Assembly: GCA_965223545.1 (NCBI GenBank)
Contig: OZ245006.1
Span: forward strand, 128,001 to 192,000
Reading direction: 5' to 3'
DNA from: Planctomycetota bacterium
Lineage (GTDB): Bacteria > Planctomycetota > UBA1135 > UBA2386
DNA length: 64,000 bases
Below the pieces are notes generated by a model. It saw only the letters and a list, made by a program, of their open reading frames with translations. It did not search any database and was not told the DNA's origin. Every line of letters starts with the position of its first letter. The stretch's first letter is position 1. Position numbers and translations under genes: made by a program. Below, in pieces: positions 11,479-24,364 of the stretch.

Positions 11479-11555
11479 TGGTAGCGGGACCCGGACTTGA
11501 ACCGGGGACCTATGGCTTATGAAGCCATCGCTCTAACCGACTGAGCTATCCCGCC
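11479..11555 (-). tRNA. tRNA-Met(CAT), probably elongator
   Basis: GGCGGGATAGCTCAGTCGGTTAGAGCG-ATGGC-TTCATAA-GCCAT-AGGTCCCCGGTTCAAGTCCGGGTCCCGCTACCA: cloverleaf, CAT anticodon, encoded CCA. It lacks the initiator GGG/CCC anticodon stem; Ile2 is not strictly excluded. Confidence 0.95.
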
Positions 11556-11568
11556 GCGAAGGCCGCGG

Positions 11569-11597
11569 ATTCGACCAAAACCGGCCTGGGAAGGCAA
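11569..11597 (-). promoter_or_regulatory. Putative sigma-70 promoter of the tRNA
   Basis: Minus strand TTGCCT-N17-TCGAAT with extended TGn and a GC-rich discriminator CCGCGGCC. Confidence 0.5.
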
Positions 11598-11650
11598 GAT
11601 CAGGGCAGGACAGAGTTGCCCCGAATCACCGCTCTCGACCCCGGCGACGG

Positions 11651-11875
11651 TCCCGGCGGCAGGAGCTCGCCGCGGGAAATCGGTTCGAACGCGCGCCCTT
11701 GGCATGAAACTTCCAAGGGACTACGGGATAGAGGATGTGCCGCGGATTGCATGGGTTCGCGGCACGAGACGAGGTGGGTTCCCTGGCTGGAATTCTTCTC
11801 CCCTGATTCTTCTCTGACTCCTCCTGATCCTTCTGAATCCGAGAGTACACCGTTCCAGCCAGGGGACCGTTTTTT
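11651..11875. ncRNA. Candidate structured non-coding element (four consecutive hairpins, GGA-repeat loop)
   Basis: Stems at 11651-60/11669-77, 11696-702/11713-19, 11737-46/11756-65 and a 16-bp stem 11777-92/11853-68, followed by T6 on the + strand. No family recognised. Confidence 0.35.
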
Positions 11876-11889
11876 CTCCGTGACGACCG

Positions 11890-12183
11890 TCAGCCCTCGC
11901 CTGTGGGGCCTCCGCCGGCGAACACGCGGCGCTGCAAGTCGCCGCTGGCGTCCGCGGCGCGGAGCTGGTCGAAACCGCCGAGCGGCGCGCCGTCGATGAC
12001 GATGAGGGGCACGGTCCGGTGGTTGGGGAGCAGCGCCTCGGTGACCGCTTGCCGGTCGGGGTGGTTGTCGAGGAAGACCTCGTCGTAGCGGATGCCCCGC
12101 TGATCGAGGAAGGCCGCCGCGGCAACGCAGAATGGGCACATGCGGGTGCGGTAGACCTGAACTTCGGCACTCTGTTCTGGCAT
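11890..12183 (-). CDS. grxC: Glutaredoxin (Grx3-like)
   Basis: CPFC active site, TVP cis-Pro motif, GGFD. Confidence 0.9.
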   Translation of the reverse strand: MPEQSAEVQVYRTRMCPFCVAAAAFLDQRGIRYDEVFLDNHPDRQAVTEALLPNHRTVPLIVIDGAPLGGFDQLRAADASGDLQRRVFAGGGPTGEG

Positions 12184-12296
12184 CGGATCGGCGGGTCGTT
12201 CGCGAACCGCGGCACAAGCCGCGCGCTGCTGTTTGTTCGGACAGGGTAACGGCGCGCTTGACCGACCTCACCCCTCTTGGTTACGGGGAATGGCGA

Positions 12297-13319
12297 ATGA
12301 GCGCTCCCTTCGACCCCGACGCGGCGGCAGCGGCGGACGCCGGCATCTTCGGGCTGCCGCATGACCGAGACCAGGCCGAGGTGATCCTCGTGCCGGCGCC
12401 GTACGACGCGACCACCTCGTATCGGCGGGGTACTGCAGCCGGGCCCGAAGCGGTGCGAGACGCCAGCCACCAGGTCGACCTGTTCGACCTGCAGACCGGT
12501 CACGCCTACCGGCGCGGCATCCATCTGCTCGACGACGATGGCGGCCTCGCCGCGCTCTCGGCGGCGACCCGCGCAGCCGTGGATTTGGCGACCGGGGAGC
12601 AGGGCACGGCGGCCGAACGCGCAGCGGCGATCGCCACCGCCGACGACGCCGGCGACCGCGTCAACGCGCACGTCGGCCGACACACCACCGCCACCCTGGC
12701 CGACGGCAAGCTGCCCGGCGTGCTGGGCGGCGACCACTCGGTGCCGTTCGCGGCCATCGCGGCGGTCGCGGCGGCGCACCCCGGCGTCGGCATCCTGCAC
12801 GTCGATGCCCACGCCGACCTGCGCCCCGCCTACCAGGGACTCCGCTGGAGCCACGCCTCGATCATGCACAACGTGCTCGACCGGATCGAAGGGGTGTCGC
12901 GGATCGTGCAGGTCGGCGTCCGCGACCTGAGCGGGGGTGAGATGCAGGCGATCGAGGCCAGTGGCGATCGCGTGATCACTCACTTCGACCTCGCGTGGCG
13001 CCGGCGACTGGCGGCGGGGGAGACCCCGATGGCGCTGTTCGACGAGGCCGTCGAGGCGCTGCCCGCCGAGGTCTACGTCAGCTTCGACATCGACGGCCTG
13101 CAGCCGGCACTGTGTCCCAACACCGGCACGCCGGTCCCAGGCGGTCTCGATTTCGGCGAAGCCTGTCTCCTGCTCGAGCGCCTGGTGCGGGCGGGCCGCC
13201 GCATCGTCGGCTTCGACCTGTGCGAAGTCGCGCCGGGACCGACTGGCCGCGAGCTCGACGCGCTGGTCGGCGCCCGGGTGCTGTACAAGCTGTGCGGCTT
13301 CGCGCTGCTGAGCCGCTGA
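12297..13319 (+). CDS. speB: Agmatinase (arginase/ureohydrolase family)
   Basis: TTSYRRGTAAGP, GGDHS, DAHAD, SHAS, SFDIDGL, TGTPVPGG; ATG 12297. Confidence 0.9.
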   Translation: MSAPFDPDAAAAADAGIFGLPHDRDQAEVILVPAPYDATTSYRRGTAAGPEAVRDASHQVDLFDLQTGHAYRRGIHLLDDDGGLAALSAATRAAVDLATGEQGTAAERAAAIATADDAGDRVNAHVGRHTTATLADGKLPGVLGGDHSVPFAAIAAVAAAHPGVGILHVDAHADLRPAYQGLRWSHASIMHNVLDRIEGVSRIVQVGVRDLSGGEMQAIEASGDRVITHFDLAWRRRLAAGETPMALFDEAVEALPAEVYVSFDIDGLQPALCPNTGTPVPGGLDFGEACLLLERLVRAGRRIVGFDLCEVAPGPTGRELDALVGARVLYKLCGFALLSR

Positions 13320-13342
13320 CAGCGCGCTGCGGGCACGCGTGC

Positions 13343-16486
<3,144 letters not shown>

Positions 16487-16489
16487 CGT

Positions 16490-19400
16490 TCAGCTCCGGC
16501 GCTCGGTGAGCGAGTAGATGACGGGAATCACGACCAGCGTCAGCAGGGTCGACGACAGCAGGCCCGAGATCACCGTGACCGCCATCGGACCGCGCAGCTC
16601 GACGCCCTCGGTGCCGCCGCCGAGCACGGGCAGCGCGCCCAGCCAGCCGGTCAACGGCAGCAGACCGAGCACGGTCGTCGCCGTGGTCATCAGCACCGGG
16701 CGCAGGCGGGTCTGCGCGCCCCGCAGGATGGCCTCGTCGCGCGGCACGCCATCGGCGCGCAAGCGGTTGATCTGATCGAGCAGGATGATGGCATTGTTGA
16801 CGACGATGCCCGCCAGCACGATCGCGCCGAGGAACACGATCACCGACAGTGGGATGGTCAGCGCATCCAGGGTGAAGATGACGCCCACCAACGCCAGCGG
16901 CAGCGCGCACAGGATGATCAACGGTTGGCGCAGGCTCTCGAACTGGCTCGCCATCACGATGTAGACCAAGAACACCGCCAACAGCAGCGCCATCGACAGG
17001 CTCTGCGTCGACTGCTCGAGCTCCTCCTTCTGCCCGCCGAGCCGCACGTCGATGCCCCGCGGTAGATCCAGCGCGGCGAGGGCGTCCAATACGCGCTCCT
17101 GCGTCGTGCCCAGGTCGAAGCCGCGCAGCGTGGCCTGCACCTCCGCGCCGCGCAGGTTGCCGATGCGGCGGATCTCGCTGGGTCCCTCTTCCTGCACCAC
17201 CGACCCGACGGTGCGCAGCGGGATCTCGGGCCGGCCCGCGGGGTTGACGTTGAGCTGCATCAGCTCGCCGACGTGGCGCAGCTGCCGGCGGTCGAGGCGC
17301 ACGCGGATGTCGATCTTGCGTTCGCGCTCGGCGTAGCGGGTCGGCACGTCGCCCTGGATCTTGGCCCGCAGCACGTCGGTGACCGACTTGGGATCGAGGC
17401 CGACGGCGGCCAGCCGCTCGCGGTCGAAGCGCACGGCGAGCTCGGGGCTGCCGCGTTGCAGGCTGGAGCGCACCTCGCGCAGCCCCGGAACCTCAGCGAG
17501 CGCCGCGGCGACCGCGGCGGATGCCTGGCGCAGCAGAAGCAGATCCTCGCCCAACACCTCGACGACGAGCGGCGCCTCGAACGACAGCACGCTGGGGCGA
17601 GCGTAGCGGTGGGTGACTTCGGGCGTGCGGCGGATCACCGCGTCGATGTCGGCCCGCACACGCGCCTCCTGGGCCGGCCGATCGACCGCCGGACGCAGCT
17701 TGACCAGCAGGCGCGCCGAGTGTTCGCCCTCGTCCGAGTCGTTGAGCTCCTCGTCGTCCACCCCGGCAGCCAGGAAGGTCCGCTCCACGTCGGGCAGGGC
17801 GGCGACCGCGGTCTCGACGTCCGCCATCACCGCTGCCGTGCGCTCGACGGTCGACTTGCGCGGCAAGAACGCCTCGACGTAGAACTCGCCCTGGTGCACT
17901 TCCGGCAGCATCTCGTTGCCCAGGTGGGGGATCCGCGTGACTGCGACCGCGAGCAGCGCCAGTGCCGTCAGCACCACCAGGGCGCGCGCGCGGAGCGCTC
18001 CACTCAGCAGGCGCGGATAGCCGTGCTGCAGGCCTCGGTAGAGCCAGTCGAAGGCGGTGGCAAACGGCCACAAGATCAGCTCGAGCAAGACCGCGACGAG
18101 CCCCGCGAACAACAGGAGCGCGCGCAGGCCCACGGTCGCGATCCGCGTCAGCAGCGCCGCCACGCCGCGGCCCACCAGCTGTGGCAACGCCAGCGGCAGC
18201 GCTAGCCAACGTGGCGCACCCGCCGGCCGGTGGGCGTCGGGCGCACGCGGCGGCGGCGGTGGCGGCGCACCGGCGCGTCCGGCCCCGCGGCTGGCCAGCA
18301 TCGGAATCACGAACAGGGCGACCAGCAGCGACATCAGCAGCGAGTACACCACCGTCAGTGCTTGGTCGCGGAACAGCTGGCCGGCGACGCCCTCGACGAA
18401 GACGATGGGAAAGAACACCGCCACGGTGGTGAGCGTCGAGGCGATCACCGCGGTCGCCACCCGGCGCACGCCGGTCACCGCGGCCGCCGCCACTGCCAAT
18501 CCCTCCTCGCGGGCGCGGGCGATCGACTCCAACACGACGATCGAGTTGTCGACCAGCATGCCGATGCCGAGCGCGAGACCGCCGAGGGACATGATGTTGA
18601 GGTCGATGTCGGAGACGAACATCGGCGCGAACGTCGCCACCACGCTGACCGGGATGGACACCGCGAGAATCGCGGTCGCACTGAGTCGACGCAGGAACAG
18701 GTAGAGCACGGCGATGGCGAACAGGCCGCCCTTGACGGCGCTGCCGAGGACGTCGTCGACCGCGTTCTCGATGAAGCGGGACTGGTCCTGCAAGGTGTCC
18801 ACCTGCACGCCGAGGGGGCCCAGAGCAAAGCCGAGGTAGTCGGTCTTGGCGCGCACTTCGCGGGCGGCGGCGAAGGCAGCCGCCCGTGCATCCTGCTCGA
18901 CCGTCTCGCTGTCCGCGCGGGCGCGCGCGCGCTGGGCAGCACGGGCCTCGGCGTCGAGGTGCGTGCCGGCGGCGACGTAGGCCTGCTGGTCGGCGTCTCC
19001 GTACAGTCGGTCGCGCACCGCGGCACACAGCGCGACGATGTTGGCGGTGGCCTCCTTGTAGACGTCGATGAGCACCGCGGGCTGGCCGCCGACGATGCTG
19101 ACCACTTGCTTGTCCGCCGCAGCGCGGCGCACGTCCGCCACCTGGCCGAGCCGGATCGACGCCTCGCCCCGGCGTTCGAGCACGATCTGCTCGATCGTCT
19201 CCACCGACGTGAACTCGCCGATGAGGCGCACGAGATACTGGGTCTTGCCCTCCTCGACCGCGCCCGACGCCGCGTTGACGTTCTCCGCCGCGAGCCGCTG
19301 GCCGACCGTCGCCACGTCGATGCCGAACAGCGCCAGAGCGCGGTCGTCGAGCGAGATGCGGATCTCCTCCTCGTCACCGCCGCGCACCTTGACCGCCGCG

Positions 19401-19918
19401 ACCCCCTCGATCTCCGCCAGCTCGCGTTCGACCTCTTCTTCGGCGATCCGCCGCAGCGCGGTTCCCTCGAGCTCGCCGAACAACCCGACGGTCATCACCG
19501 GGTCCAGGCTGGGGTCGTAGCGCAGCACCAGCGGGGCCTCGGCCTCGTCGGGCAGCTGCACGCGATCGAGCCGGTCGCGGATGTCCGACATGGCGAACAC
19601 CATCTGCGTGCCCCACTCGAACTCGAGCACGACGTCGCTGACCTCCGGCCGGCTGACCGAGACCACGCGGCGCACGCCCGAGATCACCGACACCGACTCT
19701 TGGATGCGCTCGCTGACGCGCTCCTCGACGTCGCGGGGGCTGGCGCCGGGGTAGGCGGTGCGCACCGTCACGGTCGGATAGGAGATGTCCGGCAGCAGGT
19801 TGACGGGCAAGCGGTAGAGCCCGACCAAACCGAACACCACGGCGGCGGCGATGACCATGCCGATCGCCACCGGCCTGCGGGCGGTGAAGTCGAAGAGCGA
19901 ACGGTCCGCGCCGGCCAC
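16490..19918 (-). CDS. Efflux RND transporter permease subunit (AcrB/D/F family)
   Basis: YPGASP, GMLVDNSIVVLE, GIVVNNAIILLD, RLRPVLMTTATT. Confidence 0.95.
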   Translation of the reverse strand: MAGADRSLFDFTARRPVAIGMVIAAAVVFGLVGLYRLPVNLLPDISYPTVTVRTAYPGASPRDVEERVSERIQESVSVISGVRRVVSVSRPEVSDVVLEFEWGTQMVFAMSDIRDRLDRVQLPDEAEAPLVLRYDPSLDPVMTVGLFGELEGTALRRIAEEEVERELAEIEGVAAVKVRGGDEEEIRISLDDRALALFGIDVATVGQRLAAENVNAASGAVEEGKTQYLVRLIGEFTSVETIEQIVLERRGEASIRLGQVADVRRAAADKQVVSIVGGQPAVLIDVYKEATANIVALCAAVRDRLYGDADQQAYVAAGTHLDAEARAAQRARARADSETVEQDARAAAFAAAREVRAKTDYLGFALGPLGVQVDTLQDQSRFIENAVDDVLGSAVKGGLFAIAVLYLFLRRLSATAILAVSIPVSVVATFAPMFVSDIDLNIMSLGGLALGIGMLVDNSIVVLESIARAREEGLAVAAAAVTGVRRVATAVIASTLTTVAVFFPIVFVEGVAGQLFRDQALTVVYSLLMSLLVALFVIPMLASRGAGRAGAPPPPPPRAPDAHRPAGAPRWLALPLALPQLVGRGVAALLTRIATVGLRALLLFAGLVAVLLELILWPFATAFDWLYRGLQHGYPRLLSGALRARALVVLTALALLAVAVTRIPHLGNEMLPEVHQGEFYVEAFLPRKSTVERTAAVMADVETAVAALPDVERTFLAAGVDDEELNDSDEGEHSARLLVKLRPAVDRPAQEARVRADIDAVIRRTPEVTHRYARPSVLSFEAPLVVEVLGEDLLLLRQASAAVAAALAEVPGLREVRSSLQRGSPELAVRFDRERLAAVGLDPKSVTDVLRAKIQGDVPTRYAERERKIDIRVRLDRRQLRHVGELMQLNVNPAGRPEIPLRTVGSVVQEEGPSEIRRIGNLRGAEVQATLRGFDLGTTQERVLDALAALDLPRGIDVRLGGQKEELEQSTQSLSMALLLAVFLVYIVMASQFESLRQPLIILCALPLALVGVIFTLDALTIPLSVIVFLGAIVLAGIVVNNAIILLDQINRLRADGVPRDEAILRGAQTRLRPVLMTTATTVLGLLPLTGWLGALPVLGGGTEGVELRGPMAVTVISGLLSSTLLTLVVIPVIYSLTERRS

Positions 19919-21151
19919 TCAGGCCTCGCCGACTTCGACCGGATCCTGGTCGCGCAGGTCGTCCTGGCCGGCGGTGATCACCGCCTCGCCGGGCTGCAGA
20001 TCGCCATCGCCGTCGGTGCGGCACTCGACGAAGTTCTCCTGCTCCAAGCCCAGATCCAACACCACGCGGACCGCCCTGCCGTCGCGCACGACGAACACGA
20101 TCGCCTGGTCGCCGTCGTTGAGGATCGCCGTCTTCGGCACCATCAGCGCCATGCGCTCGGACTCGGCCAGGATCGCCAGGTTGATGAACATGCCCGGGCG
20201 CAGCAAAGAGGTGTCCGTCTCCCGCACCCGCATGCGGATCTGGAATTGACCGGTCTCCCGGTCGACGACCGGCAGGATCTGCTCGATGTCGCCGATGAAC
20301 TCGCGCTCCGGATAGGCGCTCGGAGTGAACAGCACCGACTCGGCGTCGCGCACCAACGGCAGCTCGTCCTGTGGGCGGCCGATGTAGCAGACCAGCTCGG
20401 TCAGGTCGACGACCCGGGCCAGCGGAGTCGCCGTGCTCACCGCCTCGCCGACGTCGACCGGCAGCTCGGCGACGACGCCGTCGAACGGTGCGGTGATGCG
20501 GTGCTCGGTGAGCCGCGCCCGCGATTCGTCGAGCCGCGCCTCGGACTCGGCGATGTTGTTCTGCGCGGCCTCGGCGTCGAGCACGGCCTTGGCGGCGTTG
20601 AACCCGGCCACCCGCAATGCCTCTTCCCGCGACTTCCACTCGAACTCGGCGTCCTCGAGTGCCTTGCGCGACACGCTGTCGGGATCCTGGCCTGCAAGCC
20701 GGCGGTACTCGGCCTCGGCGCGGTCGCGGTCGATCTCGGCTTGCACGACGCGGCGCTTGGCGGCGTCGACCTCGAGGTCGGCCAGCTTGGCCTGCACGCG
20801 CCGGTCTTGCAGCTGGATCTCGACCTGCTGCCGTGCCGCCACCGCCTCGGTGTCATCCAGCTGCAAGAGCAGGTCACCGTGGCGGACCCTGCCGCCCTCG
20901 GAGACCGCGATCTCCCGCACGCGGCCGGCGACCTTGGACAGCACGACCACGTCGCGCTCCGCCTCGAGATAGCCGGTCGTTTCGATCTGCCGGCGGATCG
21001 ACTGCTGGGTCAAGGTCTCGACGCGCACCAAGGGCGGGCGCTTGGACTCGGGCTGGTCGCTGTCGGCGGCGCGGGCCGCGCCACGCTGGCAACCGACCGT
21101 GACGGCGGTGGTGGCGACCAGCAGCAGTAGCAGCGGGCAGGAGTTCGGCAT
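19919..21151 (-). CDS. Efflux RND periplasmic adaptor subunit (MFP), probable lipoprotein
   Basis: Lipobox-like VTVGC, lipoyl halves (VAGRVREIAVSEG; ITAPFDGVV), long helical hairpin, LRPGMF; ATG 21151. Confidence 0.93.
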   Translation of the reverse strand: MPNSCPLLLLLVATTAVTVGCQRGAARAADSDQPESKRPPLVRVETLTQQSIRRQIETTGYLEAERDVVVLSKVAGRVREIAVSEGGRVRHGDLLLQLDDTEAVAARQQVEIQLQDRRVQAKLADLEVDAAKRRVVQAEIDRDRAEAEYRRLAGQDPDSVSRKALEDAEFEWKSREEALRVAGFNAAKAVLDAEAAQNNIAESEARLDESRARLTEHRITAPFDGVVAELPVDVGEAVSTATPLARVVDLTELVCYIGRPQDELPLVRDAESVLFTPSAYPEREFIGDIEQILPVVDRETGQFQIRMRVRETDTSLLRPGMFINLAILAESERMALMVPKTAILNDGDQAIVFVVRDGRAVRVVLDLGLEQENFVECRTDGDGDLQPGEAVITAGQDDLRDQDPVEVGEA

Positions 21152-21354
21152 GAGGCGCGGAGGGGGGACCCGGGAGCGACAATGGAACGTGGCCAATCGG
21201 CCCGACACTATGTCTCCTCGGTTCACCTTCGGCCAGCGGTGGAGCAATCCCGTCCATTGCCCGCAGCGCGCGCGACCTTCGCCCGGCCCGCAGGAACCGG
21301 TTTTTGCCGGCGAGGAGTGCATCGCGACCGGCGCGGCGGCATGGTGCCGTCAGC

Positions 21355-22593
21355 ATGGCAACACCGATCTCGCTCGCGGAGGCCGAGGCGTTCGTCGAAG
21401 GCGCCGTGGCCAGCCCTCTCGGCCAGGAGAGGGTGGGCCTGGCCGACGCGCTCGGCCGGCGTTTGGCGGCCGACCAGCGCACCGACGGGCCCTGGCCCAG
21501 CACCGACCGCTCGGCGATGGACGGCTTCGCGCTGTGCGCTGGCGCCGCCGGGCTCGGCGCCGGCACCGCGATGCCCATCGTCGGTGAGGCGATGGCCGGC
21601 CATCCGTTCGACGGAGAGGTCGGGCCCGGCCAGGCGGTCCGGATCATGACCGGCGCGGTGGTGCCGGCCGGCGCCGACGCGGTCGTACCGGTGGAGAACA
21701 CCACTGGTTACGACCGCTCGCCGGTCGAGCTGCAGCGCGCCGTCCATGCCGGCGACAACATCCGGCCGTGCGGCTCCGAGGTGGCCGCGCACAGTGTCGT
21801 TTTGCAGCGCGGATGCCGACTGCGCGCGGCGGAAATCGGGGTCCTCGCCGTGCTCGGCGTCGAGCAGGTGCCGGTGTATCGCCGCCCGGTGGTGGGCATC
21901 GTCGCCACCGGTGACGAGGTGGTGCCGATCGGGGCCGCGCCGTTGCCGCACCAGGTGCGGGACAGCAACAGCTACGCGCTCGCCGCCCAGGTGGCCGAGA
22001 CCGGCGCCGTCGCCCGCCGTCTCGGCGTCGCCCCCGACGTCGAGGCGCCGTTGCGCGAGTTCCTGGCCGACGCCCTGCGCGGGGTCGACGTGCTGCTGAC
22101 CATCGGCGGCGTCTCGAAGGGAACCGCCGATCTGGTGCACGGCTGTCTCGCCGCGCTCCAGGTCGAGCGCCACTTCCACGGGATCGCGCTCAAGCCCGGC
22201 AAGCCGACGTTCTTCGGCACCTGGGAATCGGCCGGCACGCCGCGGTTCGTCTTCGGTCTGCCCGGCAACCCGGCGTCGTGCTTCACGGTGTTCGATCTCC
22301 TGGTGGCGCCGTTGCTGGCCCGCCTGATGGGCGCCACCGGCAGCAACGCCCGTCACCGCGGACCGCTGGCGGGCGCGCCGCAGCGGCGCAACTGGCGGGC
22401 GCAAGCGGTGCCTGCCCGGCGGGGCGCCGACGGGGCTCCCGGCTCCTTCGAAGCCTTGCCGCTCGGCCCCAGCGGCGACCCCTTCGCGCTGGCGCACGCC
22501 GACGGCTACGTCCTGTTGCCGGCCGATCGCGAGCCGGTCGCCGGTGAGCCCGTCGCCTTCGCCCCCTACGCGGGGGGCCCGCGCGACGCATGA
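21355..22593 (+). CDS. moeA: Molybdopterin molybdotransferase MoeA
   Basis: SAMDGFA, RIMTGA, ATGDE, DSN, GGVS, KPGKP, GLPGNP. Confidence 0.95.
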   Translation: MATPISLAEAEAFVEGAVASPLGQERVGLADALGRRLAADQRTDGPWPSTDRSAMDGFALCAGAAGLGAGTAMPIVGEAMAGHPFDGEVGPGQAVRIMTGAVVPAGADAVVPVENTTGYDRSPVELQRAVHAGDNIRPCGSEVAAHSVVLQRGCRLRAAEIGVLAVLGVEQVPVYRRPVVGIVATGDEVVPIGAAPLPHQVRDSNSYALAAQVAETGAVARRLGVAPDVEAPLREFLADALRGVDVLLTIGGVSKGTADLVHGCLAALQVERHFHGIALKPGKPTFFGTWESAGTPRFVFGLPGNPASCFTVFDLLVAPLLARLMGATGSNARHRGPLAGAPQRRNWRAQAVPARRGADGAPGSFEALPLGPSGDPFALAHADGYVLLPADREPVAGEPVAFAPYAGGPRDA

Positions 22594-24116
22594 GGCTCGT
22601 GGCCCCTCTGCTCGTGGGCGCGGCGCTCGGCGCCGCGACGCCACCGGCCCTGGTGCCGAGCGGGGGCCTGCTGGTCTGGCCCGCGCTGATGGGGCTGTAC
22701 GCGCTGGCGCGACGCGGCGAGGGGGCTGCCCGGGCGTGCTACCTGGCCGGCGCGATCCACGTGGCGGTGTTCTCGCTCTCGCTGCGGCACGTCTCCTGGC
22801 TGTTCTTCGTCGCCGTCACCCTGGTCGGCGGTCTCTACTACGCGCTGATCGCCGGCGTCGTGCGCCGCCGGCCGGCGTGGCTGTGGCCGCCGCTCGCGTT
22901 CGCCCTGGCCTTGGCCGCCACCCAGCGGCTGCGGGCAGTGATGCCGGAGATCTACTACCCGCACGGTCAGCCCGCGCACTGTCTCTACGAGTGGCTGGCC
23001 CTGCTCGGGCCGGTGCCGTGGGGCGGCACGGTGTTGCTCAACGCGGTGCTCGGCTTCACCGCGGCGGCCTTGCTCGAAGCGCTGCGCGGCCGCGGCGCGG
23101 GGCGCCGGCGCGCGGTGATCGCGGCAGCGGCGGCGGCCGGCGTGCACCTGGCGTCGGGGTTGTGGTGCCCGCGCGCCGAGGCATCCGCCGGCAGCGTGCG
23201 CATCACCGCGCTCGAACCCGGTCTGGGGCCGCTCTACGCGGCCAACCCCGACGTCGCCGAGACCGTCCATCAGAGGTTGGTGGTGCCCACCGCGCTGAGC
23301 GCCCGGCAGCAGCCGCCGCCCGACCTGGTGCTGTGGCCCGAGAGCACGTTCTTCTACGCGTTCGTGCGCGAGTCCGGCAGCGGCTGGACCCTCGACCCCG
23401 CCTGGCGGCCGCCGATCGCGAAGGACACTCGGCTGGTGGCCGGCACCAGCGCGCGGTTCGGCAGCGGAGACGAGCTGCGCGACGTGCCCGCCGCGCTCGT
23501 CATCGACCACAGCGGTGCCGTGCTCGGCAGCTACGAGAAGCGGCGGCTGGTGCCGTTCGGCGAGTTCATTCCGTTGGCCGGGCTGCTGCCGCGGTCCGTG
23601 CATCGCCAGCTGTTGGACTACGCCGTCCGGGTGTTCGGCACCGCTCCCGGCTGCTCTCCGGGCCGGCGGCATCCCCTGCCGGCGACGGCCGGCGGCGTGC
23701 CGTTCGGCGTGCTGATGTGCTACGACAACGCGTTTCCGGAGATCGCCGAAGAGCAGGTCGCCGCCGGCGCGCGGGTGTTGGTCGTGCTCAGCAACGAGGC
23801 CTGGTTTCGGCGGGGCGGCGAGCTCGAGCAAATGCACGCACACACGGTGTTCCGCGCCTTGGAGACGAGCACCCCCCTGGTGCGGTCCACCCTGGATGGC
23901 CCGACGCTGGCGGTCGGGGCGGACGGCCGCCTGCTCGGCGTGCTCCCCTGGATCGATGCGCCGCGCGCGCCGCGCCAACTCGAGGTCGACGTCGCGCTGG
24001 GGCCGGGCGTGGCCTCGCCCATGGCATGGCCGCGCACGATCCTGCGATGGGCGATCCTCGCGGTGCTCCTGATCCCCGCGTGGCACCGGCTCCGATTCCG
24101 AGCTAGACTCGCTTAG
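22590..24116 (+). CDS. lnt: Apolipoprotein N-acyltransferase
   Basis: N-terminal TM helices plus the nitrilase triad WPES / KRRLVPFGE / MCYD, and SNEAWF. Confidence 0.92.
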   Translation: MRLVAPLLVGAALGAATPPALVPSGGLLVWPALMGLYALARRGEGAARACYLAGAIHVAVFSLSLRHVSWLFFVAVTLVGGLYYALIAGVVRRRPAWLWPPLAFALALAATQRLRAVMPEIYYPHGQPAHCLYEWLALLGPVPWGGTVLLNAVLGFTAAALLEALRGRGAGRRRAVIAAAAAAGVHLASGLWCPRAEASAGSVRITALEPGLGPLYAANPDVAETVHQRLVVPTALSARQQPPPDLVLWPESTFFYAFVRESGSGWTLDPAWRPPIAKDTRLVAGTSARFGSGDELRDVPAALVIDHSGAVLGSYEKRRLVPFGEFIPLAGLLPRSVHRQLLDYAVRVFGTAPGCSPGRRHPLPATAGGVPFGVLMCYDNAFPEIAEEQVAAGARVLVVLSNEAWFRRGGELEQMHAHTVFRALETSTPLVRSTLDGPTLAVGADGRLLGVLPWIDAPRAPRQLEVDVALGPGVASPMAWPRTILRWAILAVLLIPAWHRLRFRARLA

Positions 24117-24173
24117 ACCCGTCGTTTCCGAGGTGGCCCCGAACCGGGACCCGCATCGGGGTCGGCCAGTCAC

Positions 24174-24201
24174 TTGACGAGCAGCCACAAGCAGTTAGGA
24201 T
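24174..24201 (+). promoter_or_regulatory. Putative sigma-70 promoter
   Basis: TTGACG-N16-TAGGAT, about 160 nt upstream of ATG 24365. Confidence 0.5.
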
Positions 24202-24364
24202 GCGCCGCCCAGAGGACTTGACCCGGGTGGTGGCCCTCGCTGCCCGGACCTGCCCGGATGGTGACGACTCGACCCGGCGACAGCCCTAGATGCCGTTCTC
24301 GGCTCGACTTAGCCCTCCGCAACCCCAAGGCCCGGCGTAATCCCTGTTAGGAGTCTCTCCCACG

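Noticed and set aside
11479..11555. tRNA-Met as an island integration site
   Set aside because: No duplicated tRNA 3' end or integrase was seen, and the flanks are housekeeping genes.
11793..11852. Short repeats as a CRISPR array
   Set aside because: Units are about 9-14 nt, degenerate, have no spacers, and there are no cas genes.
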